64,000 nucleotides of DNA from Takakia lepidozioides (Eukaryota; Plantae; Bryophyta), in assembly GCA_030704615.1 (NCBI GenBank), contig CM060732.1:48422001-48486000 (forward strand). Reading direction: 5' to 3'. Shown one piece after another: positions 13,089-24,500 of this stretch. Both the position numbers and the translations under genes were made by a program. Each line of letters starts with the position of its first letter. Positions within the stretch are counted from its first letter, which is position 1. The notes beneath the pieces were generated by a model. It did no database searches. It was given only the letters and a program-made list of their open reading frames with translations, and had not been told where the DNA came from.

Positions 13089-13611
13089 CCGTAGTGGGAT
13101 AGCCCGTTAGGCAGAAATTAATTCGAAAAAAAAGTGCCTAATCAAAATAAATTAATTTTGACAAGAGTGCCTAATTTTCAAAAGTTTCTCTAAAAGTGCC
13201 TATGGTATAAAAACTTGAATTTAATTTTTTCTTAAAAATTATAAAATAGAAAATAAATCTAAAAATGATATCCATTTAAAATGATATTCATTTAAACATC
13301 ATCCATGGACTTAGTTTTCAATTTTCATGCATGACAACGGCTGAGTTTTCATTTAAAACGTCATCCATGGACTCAGTTTTCAATTTTCGTCCATGGCAGT
13401 GGCTGCATATTTATATTTTTGTGTTTTCAATTTGTGATCATTATTTTTAGTTTTTTTAATTTTAGTTTTAGTATTTTTAGTTGCCTAATTTGAAAAATTA
13501 CACATCCAAGATGCCTAATTTAAATTATTTTTCTCAAAAGTGCCTAACTGCCAAATGGCCCCAAAAATAATTATTAGGCAGGCAAGTGCCTAACTGGCTA
13601 TCCCACTACGG
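13089..13611. mobile_element. Tc1/mariner(pogo)-type MITE with TA target-site duplication
   Basis: TA|CCGTAGTGGGATAGCCCGTTAGGCA ... TGCCTAACTGGCTATCCCACTACGG|TA. AT-rich interior with repeated TGCCTAA. Confidence 0.92.
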
Positions 13612-14271
13612 TACATGATAAGTGCAGATAATAACTGATCGAGTCATTATTATTAGTTAATGAACTAATCAGATTCAGAAGATTTCAACTGAAATCTCGG
13701 TAAGTTAGTAGCTATGTTGGCCTATGAGGACGTTTTCATCCCTATCGGATGAAGTAGCTCTGCCCACAGTGTGGCACTGTGGATTGCCTGACCTTCCCAA
13801 ACTGGCAAAGTTATATTCGGGTAAGATGAGTGAATTTTACGTGTATCTAAAGCAGAGGGGGTCCAAATGTCCAAACTCCAAATGTCCAAACCAAGTGCTG
13901 TAGTGCATCCAATCATCCACAGCACTGATGTAGCGCTGTACCGCTGGGTTTGATTATTAGGCAAATGTCCATAATACATACATATGCCTCATAAGCCTAT
14001 CATGACCATTCACCACAGCATCTCCGCGGTCCCACATGTCGTAACGGGAAGATAATAGGAATAGTGTAAGAAATTAATGCACGCGTGTGATCTGACAGTA
14101 CTTTCGCACGGCAACCTCGGCTCCTCTTGTCAAATTCTCCCCACCCCATATTATCTCGGTTTCACTATTAAATACTTATGAATCTGAGTGGGTTGCAAGC
14201 TGTGGTGGGTAGCGCGATGGTAAGGTGATAGCAATGGAGGCCGGGTTTAGTTCCTGGTGGGAGGCTGTGGC

Positions 14272-14584
14272 AGTGTAACCCCGGTCGATGTAACCCTCCA
14301 CTTGGTGTAACCCTCTTTAACCCTGATTTCTCATGTAACTCTGGTTGGTCCATTTTATACCTAGCCACATTTGGACTCAAGTCAAATTTCGAGACCAAGT
14401 GTGGGTTACACCGACTAAAGTTACACTCCATTCTGTGTAACCCCAAGTGGAGTTACACTCCTTCGTGTAACCCGATGTAACCCCCAATGGAGTTACACAC
14501 CTCGTCGTGTAATCCGATGTAACCCCAAGTGGAGTTACACACCTCGTCGTGTAACCCGATGTAACCCTGACTGGAGTTGACACT
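14272..14584. repeat. GTAACC/GGTTAC motif cluster including three 42-bp tandem units
   Basis: Units start at 14464, 14506 and 14548, each with a TGTAACCC...GGAGTTACA inverted pair (the third is degenerate). Confidence 0.8.
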
Positions 14585-14834
14585 CCTTCAGTTCCATGTC
14601 ACTCTCAAGAGAGGGTGGGATGATTTGACATGCCGGAAACCGGCGTACCATACTGTCAGAGGTTGCATATGTGAATTAAGTTCTTACATTATTCCTATTA
14701 TCTTCCGTAGTAACGGGAGTTTATTTAACGGCATTCAATGCAGGGTGGCACTTATTATGGCCATCAACATTGCGCTTTCATTTAGACACGCTTGCTTCTT
14801 AATGGGCATGAATTGCGAGCTTTCGCTGCCCGGT

Positions 14835-15020
14835 GTTTATTTTTTTATTTTATTTTATTTTGGTAAAACTGGCCCGAGGTGTTTCCCTTTTTCAGAAAAA
14901 TCAAAAACTCGCAGGCTCATGGGAAGGGGGAGAACATCATACGATCATCCATCATACCACAGCCGGCAAGGTAGCAGGATTTGAACCCAGAATCACGTGA
15001 GTGGCACTCAGTTCTCTACT
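14835..15020 (-). mobile_element. Degenerate tRNA-derived SINE copy
   Basis: gcaggatttgaacccagaatcac (rc B box GGTTCAAATCC) and 'gggaagggggagaa...cataccac' are shared with copies at 54.8, 55.1 and 56.3 kb. A T-rich tail lies on the left. Confidence 0.65.
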
Positions 15021-15534
15021 ATACACTGGTGGTATTATTTTTTTCGCAACTTCAGCGGCGGGAAGATCAGTCCCCTTTTATTTACAAAAAAGAAAGAAAA
15101 AAGAAAAAAAAGGGTCGGCAAGGCAGCGCGTGGTGCTTGGGCTTCCGAAAGGTGGCAGCTCCCTCAGCGAGGCAGTAACAATACATAGCAGCAATGCAGT
15201 AATGGAGGAATTTGCAAAGCTGTCCGAGGTATGTAACAAGAATAGCACCAAGGGGTGTGCGAGGACTGTTAGTAGCATTCTTGTTTCTTGTTTCTTTCTT
15301 TGCTCATCCATAGCTTGTTCGTTTATGTGCCCCCGTTTCACTGCGGAGTGCGTATTGTATAGGAGGTGATTGAAGTGATGTTCTGACTAGCTTGCCACAT
15401 GAATAAAGCTGCACGGAAAATTTTAGAATTGTTTAGCGGCAAGCGGCTGCAGGTTTGGTTATTATTCAGATTGCAGTTTGAAAAGTGGCTTTGGTGGATA
15501 TTTGATCAAGCTTATACGACCGGAGCACCTCGAC

Positions 15535-18500
15535 ATGAAGAATTTTATTCCGTCACCCGTGAGAAAGCTCGCGCCTGAAGATGAGAGGGAGCATTCGCCT
15601 GGAGAATATGAAGACGAGTCAGATCACGATGTCTTCGATGTTCCACCAAAGCCTACCATTGACGCGCTGAAGAAGTGGCGGGTATGTCTTACTAATTTCT
15701 TGACGTGAAAGTTGCTGGGGCTGGATACAACTATTGCATTCATGCCCACGCCATCAAGGGAGATGCCAACACTTAAGGCAGCTGAAAAGATGTCAATGTT
15801 GTTGAAGCTCTGAGCTCTGCATAAAGTAATAATGTGATTGTTGCGATTATACTAGGAGTTCAGACCGGTGCCTCCCGTACTCGGTAGTTCTGATGAGGCA
15901 GCTCTCATAGCCTAATTGCTGGTCAGTCGCGGCTAGGATTGAAGCCCTATGTTCCTGCACATTTCTTATCCTTTTCGATGGCAATGTTGCTGGGGGAAGG
16001 GCCCTAAAGTGTGAATTTCGATAGCAAACCTCGTTTCGCTCAGTTGGAGAGGCTCGAGACAAAGCACTAAGCTCTACTTGGATCTGAACGCTGGATTGAA
16101 TACCGTGCTATTGTTAATGTTCTCGGGACCTTAATCAACCTCATTTTCACGGGTAGTACCAGCAGTCGAGCGAGCCTTCCGTGATCATATTGGCCCCAAT
16201 TCTGCTCCTCCCTCCGCTCAAACTCATTCTGTTGGACCGGCCTGGGACATGGCCATAGCCTACAGCTAGCAGAGTCTAACGAATAATAGTGAAGGTCTGT
16301 AAGGACGCAATAGTCCCACTTCACATCATGTGATTCTTGCCTCTTTTAAGTGACCCTGTTAGCGGTTTTGTGCAGCAAGCAACCTTGGCACTTAATGCCT
16401 CCCGTCGATTTCGGTACACCTCAGATCTTCACAAGCAAGAAGAAGCACTGAATAAGGAAAGGACTACCAACAGTTTTGTTGCCAGCACCCATACTTTACT
16501 AGTAAGTGGATGTCTGTCCTGTGTGATGCATCCATAAATCTATGAGATTGTTATCTTATGATGGTTATTATAATTGTAGCACGTCTTTCTTGCCTCACTT
16601 TTCAGCACTGTTGTTGCATCTTGGGAAGGAAACTCCATGAACACAAATGGTTGCTCACTTCACCAGTTTTGGCAACCTTGGAGTGAGTTTTAGATTTTGA
16701 GTTTTCAGTGCCACTACTGAATGGATCTAACCAAAAACAAAGGTTCATATTAACCTCATATGATGGTCCATGTGGTTTCACTTGGTCTACTGCAGCAACT
16801 GTGGCACAACAATTTAAACAGGGAAACAGGCACAACTGTTGCATCTTTTGAATATCATTGTGTTTGAAATCAGAGGCAGAAAGTTTCATTTTACTATACA
16901 ACTTCATTAGAGTGGCCTGCAATGGAACTTGCTACATCTCTGAAAAGTCACATATGTTAATATCTAAAGGGTTCCTGAGCATGAGGGTGTGGAAATTTTC
17001 TTCTTCCCTTCAAGTCTACTGAGTACATTGTGTTGCACTGTGTTTCCAAGGCGGTACAACGTTTTAGAGAAGCAGGAGCTAGAGTTAGAGCAGGTGATGA
17101 GCTACCTTGAAAAGAACTCTCTGTTTTTCCACCTTTTCCTTTGTGCTTAAGGAAGTGGTCTGACACACCCTTGAACAACTCTTAGAAATAGAAATCTTGT
17201 TCACAAGTCAAGGAATGCCGGGCCCGAGTGTAGATAGCGGGGCCAGTTGTAAGGAATAGAGGTAAATGACAGGTGACTCTAGCACTTTGATTGCAAAGTC
17301 ATGTCATGGCCAGCCAAGTATCCATAGCAACCTAGACACCAGCAGGATTCGAAGTAGCCAGGAAAGCTATCTCTTGGTGGTATTATGCATGTTTATTTGA
17401 CAAGTGTAGTTGCTTGCGAACTTTTTGTGTCATGTCTTTGTTAGTCTTTTCCATTTTAGCATTATATCCTAAGGAGAAAACTTGGAATTTCAAGACAACC
17501 ACTCTCATTGCTCACCCAAGGTCTATTTCAGTGCTTGGTTGCCTTACAAAATTCTCTTGTTCATGATGAAGATCCACCGCCAGACGGATTCGGATTGGGG
17601 CCTCACCGATTGGTGAAGTTAGTTCAGGATCATGCACCGGAAGGTTTACAAAACTATGGCGGGGTGAGACATGGTGTTTTTGGACATGGTCTTGTTCTCT
17701 TTCTTGAGCATGTTATTGTGAACCTTGTTAAAAAATGACATGGACGACAGATTGACTATCCTGTTAGATAGTTGAGATGAGAGTGGTAATTAATTCTCAT
17801 CTCAAGGAATTCTATCTAATAATGTCTTGAGGCTGTTCATTGTCAGGAAATGCTTTGAGTTTTGTGGATAACTGGACAGGATATGGTGCTTGCTCATGGC
17901 AGGTTGGAGGAGTTGCAAAGTCACTTCACACGCACTTAGAGGAAGGGATTGATGGTTCACTTGAGGAAGTAAAGAAAAGAAAGAGTGCATTTGGGGAGAA
18001 CACTTATTCCAAAAAGCGCTCTAAGAACTTTTGGGTAAACGGGTTTGTTGACTTCTTCAAGTTGCGTCTGATTGTGTTCTATATGTGGAGTTAAGTTTGC
18101 CGCTTAAGACTTAGTGAGCGCTGTCTTTTTCACTTTAGATGAAACGACCATATTGCTCCTTGCTCTTGCCAAAGCATAGGCATTTGGTGAGGAGAACCCA
18201 GTGGGTGCAATGCAATGTCTAACAATACTGGTCCCCCAACTCCTAAGCCTTCAGGATCAAGTAGGCCATTTCAGTTGTACCTTCTACCTGGTGGAGATGC
18301 AAGAGAGACCCTTTGCAGTTGTTGTTATCTAGTCCGTCTCCATAGATGTGTGTGTGCACACATGCTGAAAATGGTTACTAAAGGTCGACTTGAAATTGAT
18401 TACTCGCGGCATTCATAACTATCGAATGTAGACCTATCCACTTGAGTACCTATTTTCTTAACCCGAAACCAACCTTGCATATGAATATATATTTTGTTGT

Positions 18501-21500
18501 ATGAGTCGCCATTTTTAATTTTTTTCGTCCTTCAGGTCTGTCCTGTGCTGTGCTCATTCATTCATGGTGGTTGGGCAGGTATTCTTTTGGGAGGCGTGCC
18601 AGGACACTACACTTATTATACTTATGGTGGCTGCAGCAGTTTCGTTAGCTACAGGAATGTGGACTGATGTAAGTTGCCATCATGCATGTAGGTTGTCATA
18701 ATTTGAGGTGCAACCATTACAATGTGTTTTGGGTCATTCCGAGGTGACGTTAGATACAGTAGCTTCCTAAGAAGCTGTTCTCATGATGATTTTTTGTTTC
18801 GTTGAATGGTTGTCTCTTTGGTTCTTTGTTTGTGTATATACATATGTAGTTTTTGAATTCCTTGTCAAAGCTGTTGATGAAGGACCTTGCTTTCTATTCA
18901 TGCAGGGAGCCAAGGCAGGCTGGCATGATGGGACAAGCATTGTTGCTGCAGTGATACTTGTGATAGTGGTTACAGGTAAAAGTTCATCTGATTTCTAGTA
19001 AAACTATTGGCCGAATGGCGGGTTTGTTTCTGTGGTCATTGGCATTGACTTATCTTCACCATTTATCAGGCTTTCTTAGTGGTAGAGTCTGTTGTGTTTG
19101 TACAGAGCCAACTCACGCCGTGTCATGCCCCGAGCCTGCTCGTCTATATCTGGAAATGACAAGGCTCCATATCCGCCTCCGTGAGGCCCAAGCCTGCAAT
19201 AGCAGCTCTGCCCAGCATCAATGGCTTACCATGGCTACTTATTCAATTATGTATGGAAGTTGGATGCTCATAAGGCTGAAAGATAACAGAGTCTGACAAC
19301 AAGAACTTATATTACAACTCCATTTTTATTTTCCAACAGCTTGCAGCGACTATAAGCAATCACTGCAATTTCAACGTCTTAATGAGCAAAAGGAGGATAT
19401 TCAAGTACAGGTGAGCTTCCTCCTTATGTCAAGGATGTTGAAGGGCTTGGAGTTTGTTGTGGGAGCACTCCCCTGGCTGTGAGTGCTCCCACCAAGAGCT
19501 TAGTAGCTTTGCAGTGCTCGCTGAGCAACTTCTCTTAATATGTGTCTATGAAGATGAGAGTACGGATCTGCTATATGGGTTGATAACTCCAACCAGGCTA
19601 AGTCTCTAGAATCCATTCAAGTGGGGGTGCTTAAGGAGTCTATGTCAGCATGCTCCAAAACAGCCAATGTGGCTGTTCGGGGTGAGTTTGGCATTCCGTC
19701 CTTAAGCTCCCGACGAGATGAATTCAAGGTCAGATGGTGGGGTCAGCTGCAACATATGCCCAACACCAGATATCCTAAATTAATCGACTCTATATCTTGG
19801 AAACAGGACCGCCCTGTCAAACAGGCTAAGTCCTGGCAGAAGAGAGTAGAAGAGATCCTCAAGGACCTGGACCTGGATCCGCAAGTCTTGACCCTGCTGG
19901 ATAAATCTGACTTAGAGGCTGTAGTGTCCTCAGCCATGTCTGTTGCCATGAGATTGTCTGATGAAAATGAAGTTAGGCAGAAAACTTCCCTGAACTTGTT
20001 TCCAGTCTGTGACATGGGGGAGGACATCTTGGATGACCTCAAGGGTCTACCCACTCTCGGCACTAGACTGAAATTTAAACTCAGGGCAGGAAGCCTACCT
20101 TTGAACAGCAAACAGAAGCAGAGAGGAAAGGGAGAGTGCAATTGCCCGTTGTGTGGGCAATCTGAAGAGAGTATTCATTTTCTGATACACTGTCCGGGGT
20201 TCTCTCACCAAAGAGACGCTCTCTTCAAATCTATCAAGGGAATTGTGCCTGTACCCCTGTTTACCAACTTTGAAAGTCTCGAGGCTGAGCCAAAAGCCCA
20301 GGCCCTCCTGAGGCCTAGTTTTTGGGCAAATCACACACAGCAGATTGATGCTTGTGTGAAGGGATTTCTAGAGGATATCTGGAAAACCCGGATTAATTCT
20401 TTATATGGAGGTAAGTCTTACTACCAACGTCAGCCCCTGACAGAGGTAGGTTCTGTCCCTTTTGTTCCCGCTCAAACTGGGCGCGGGGTCAATGGCCACA
20501 AGGCTACGGCAAACAACGTCTTATGAGTACAATCTATGAAGATGAGAATAGGAAATGATAAGTTACAGAAGTGCCATCGCTTCATGTAAGCTTTTGTTGA
20601 AGGCAATTGTGAACTAAAAGTGGCATTTTGAATTTGTGTGCAGGTTGTGAGAAGCGGGCAACGACAAACTGTTTCCATATTTGAACTTGTGGTTGGGGAC
20701 ATTGTCCCGTTGAACATTGGTGGCCAGGTGCTCCTCATCTTTTGAAATTGCATTTAAGAATCATGGCTACTTCCTTTTCAATAAACTGTTAGTGTCATAA
20801 CTAAATCCATAGGTAAGTTGATAACTGGTGGTCCATCAATTTACTTGTTGTTGGCAAACACTTGAGATTTACAGAAGGATATAGCACTGAATCTAACACA
20901 TAAGGAGGTCATGTGGGTGTGTGATGATTATCAAATGGATGGATGCTCTATAACTTCTTCTAAATGGATTTTTTGTTGTTTCAGGTCCCAGCAGATGGAA
21001 TATTGGTGTCAGGACATTCGTTAACAATAGATGAGTCAAGTATGACTGGAGAAAGTGCCCCAGTAAGTTTGTATAGCTATCCCTGTACTATGTACATTGT
21101 GCATTACTTGCTAATTAACAATCTACAATTGTTGGTGCATTATTGGGTTCCGTGGGTTGGATGTTGTCTCTCATGTTGTTGTGGATCCTCATGTGTTTCT
21201 CTCTTAGTGCAGGTTAAGAAGAACCAGAAGAATCCGTTCCTCCTGTCGGGTTGCAAGGTGGAAGATGGATTTGGTAGTATGCTAGTAAGTTAACTGGTCC
21301 TTCCAACTTGTTAAATGCTGAAGTTCATGCAATCTTTGGCTATTTGATGCTGCAAATGTGATGGGTACTCCCCTCTGCAAAGTAGTATGCAATCCGGTGC
21401 ATATGTAATATATGGTGTGACACAGGTAACAGGAGTAGGCACAAACACTGAGTGGGGCCAGGTCATGGCGACAATTAGTGAAGATAACGGGGAAGAGACT

Positions 21501-24500
21501 CCTCTGCAGGTATTGCCTTATTGAACAACCTGAGATGAACTTTCATAGTTATTTCCGTAATGTTCATTGGTAAGACTCCCTTCTGTATCTACATTCATCC
21601 TTGGACAATGTGACACTGCAGGTCCGTTTGAATGGAACTGCCACGTTCATTGGCAAAGTTGGATTGTCTGTTGCTGTGGTTGTCTTCATCATCCTTTTTT
21701 CGCGGTAATTGATTTCACCATGAATTCTATCATTTGAGATTTGATCCGAGTACTCTGCAATCAAGTTTGGAATTGTGAAGCTAGCTGTCGGGTAAGTGTT
21801 CCACCCAATGCTTTTGAAAGCTTGTGGATGATACCTTCTTCTTTGGGGCAAATGCAAAACAATGACCTTTTCCTTCTCCCTTTTCCAGACTACACAATCA
21901 CCCTCAACCTGTAACTCGACTCTTAGAGATCATGTATGTGCGATACTTTTTGAAATTAGACTGAAGCTGTAGGTTCTCTAATTTTCAGGTATTTTGCACT
22001 AGACTACAAGAAGTCCACAAAGGCCTCAGCAGTGATCAAGCGGGTGGTGGACATGTTCTCCGTTGCAGTAAGTGACGAACATATAGCATGGAAATCCTCT
22101 GTATAAGCTCTGCCCAGATGCAAATCACTTGGTAACTTGACACAACACTCTAGACTGTTACAGGTGGATGTTAATTACATTTAGGTCATTGACTTGAAGT
22201 GAATTGTCAGGCTGATGCTGGCCTTGTGTAATAGGTGACAATTGTGGTGGTGGCTGTGCCAGAGGGGCTTCCGTTAGCAGTCACTCTCACGTAGGTACTT
22301 TCTATTCTTGGTAGCATATAGATGCTTCTGTTTGACCCTCAAACTTGTCATTCAATGGTTATGTTAACTATGATGAAAGAAATTTGTGGCTGTTGGCTGC
22401 TCCATGTTTCAGCCATGACACTGCAGGTCGTAGAATGTGAACTGTGCCATTTGTGAAGTGAGGTGTTCCCTGCCAACAGACTTGGATGCTTTGATAGAAG
22501 TAGTTATTTCTAATTATTGGTTCATCTAACTTGTGTCTTAGGCTGGCATACTCAATGCGCAAAATGATGGCGGACAAGTCTCTGGTATGTGAGAATGGCT
22601 TCTGGGATCTTTTTGTACAAAGTGGAGTAAATTGTTTTTTAAGCACAATTTAGATATTTGTATCAACTGCACCACATTACTAGTGAATTAATTCTGGTTG
22701 TAGGAGCTATCTGTTGTGGGCCCCATTTCGCAGAATTTTTATTATCCTCTGTCCCATAAGCTATTGAGATTCCGGTCGACGGTAGAATGCTTCTTTCTTT
22801 GTTGTGTGTCTAAACTGTCTTTTGCCTAATTCGAATGTTGGTGCCTGGATTTGAAGAGTTGTGAAGAAAGCAAAGGTTGTATGAGTGATTAAAACAGGGC
22901 CATCTGCATTGTATAGGAAGTACATCTTTGGTAATAGCTAGTTGCTTGACAGGTCCGTCGTTTGTCGGCCTGTGAGACTATGGGATCAGCCACAACCATC
23001 TGTAGCGATAAGACTGGTACTCTCACAACAAACAAAGTAAGTTCCCAGGTTCAGTATGATTACCCAGGTGTCTTGCTGACATTTCAGTTCTATGTAGACG
23101 TTTTCTGTTTGGCACCGAAATGGGTGACCCTTTATGTTGACTTGCATGCAAGTCCTTTCAATCTTCTCCCCTCTCTATCGTAAGGTTAGAGGAGGAATGT
23201 GTACTTATAATTTTGACATGCAGATGACTGTGACAAAGGCTTGGATTGCGGGGGAGATGAGGGAGGCAAAGAATCTTGTGTCTTTGGCCCCTGACATACA
23301 CGAGACTCTCAAACAAGCAATTTGTCTAAATAGCACTGGTTCTGTTGCTTCCTCTGAGGTAAATTTTTTCTTCTTAATGAAGGCACAATCGTTAAGAAAA
23401 AGAAATACATGTGATTTCCATGCCTTTCTCCTGTACCACGTGATCCACTGGGTTTGTCTGCCTGCCCAGGTTTTGACCATCAGGCACGGCAAGGGTCTAG
23501 CATTGATGGCTTGTGCTACTTCTGCAATGCTCTAAAAAATCTGGGTATTTTATCATCTGATTGACCAAGGCATATGTTATGTGTTACTACTGTGGATGAA
23601 CTGATCGTAGTTTAAAAGGGTTGAGTTCTGATGGAGTTTATAGGAGGGAAAAGGTGCAGTGGTAACTGGCAGCCCGACAGAAGCAGCACTTCTTACTTGG
23701 GGGCTTGAGGTAAGCCAGTGCTGCTTTTTCTCCATTGTCGTTTGGACTGAAGTTGGGGGCTTGAGATAAGCCAGGTCTGTTTTTTGTCATTTGAACATAC
23801 TCATCTAGCTTTGCCCTATGTTCATCTCCCTTGCTCGCCTCCTTGTCTTCTGAGGTTACAGTTGATTTGGTATCATTTGTAGTACTCAAGTGCTTTGTGG
23901 GTATATCAGTTTGGCATGAACTTCAAGGACGTTAAGGGACAAACTTCTGTCCTACACGTGGAAACATTCAATTCAACAAAGAAACGTGCTGGAGTAGTCT
24001 ACAAGGTGAACTTCCCCTCTTCGTTCCCTTCTCTCTCATCTGCAGGTTTCGTACTTTGATGGATTTAATTTATGCCAATACTAGTTGTTGAGAACTATGT
24101 TTGGGTTCTAATTGGGTCATGGGTCCACATAGCAGCTCAAGAATGGTGAAGTGCAATCCCATTGGAAGGGAGCTGCAGAGATTATCCTCGATCTGTGTAC
24201 CCATTGGGTAATGTCTGAAGGGTTAATTCAACCCTTGACGCTTGAGAAGGTAAAATTGTAACTGTCTTGTGTTGGTGTGTTTGTATGTTTTGGTATATTG
24301 GTATTCCCTTTGAATATTGAAATCTAATTATTAGTCAGCGGTGGGAAGGACTAGCTTGTGCTACACCTAAAGCTGTCCTTGTTTAGCAGAATGGTGTGAG
24401 GTTTGATGCCCTCCTAATGTGAACGAAGGCACAGAAAGCACAAAGCGCATTAGAATCACTGATTGTTTTGTCTCCCACAGATTTCGGAAGTGAAGAGTAT

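Noticed and set aside
23742-23752. TTGGACTGAAG resembling the miR319 5' end
   Set aside because: Only 11 nt and no precursor hairpin evident.
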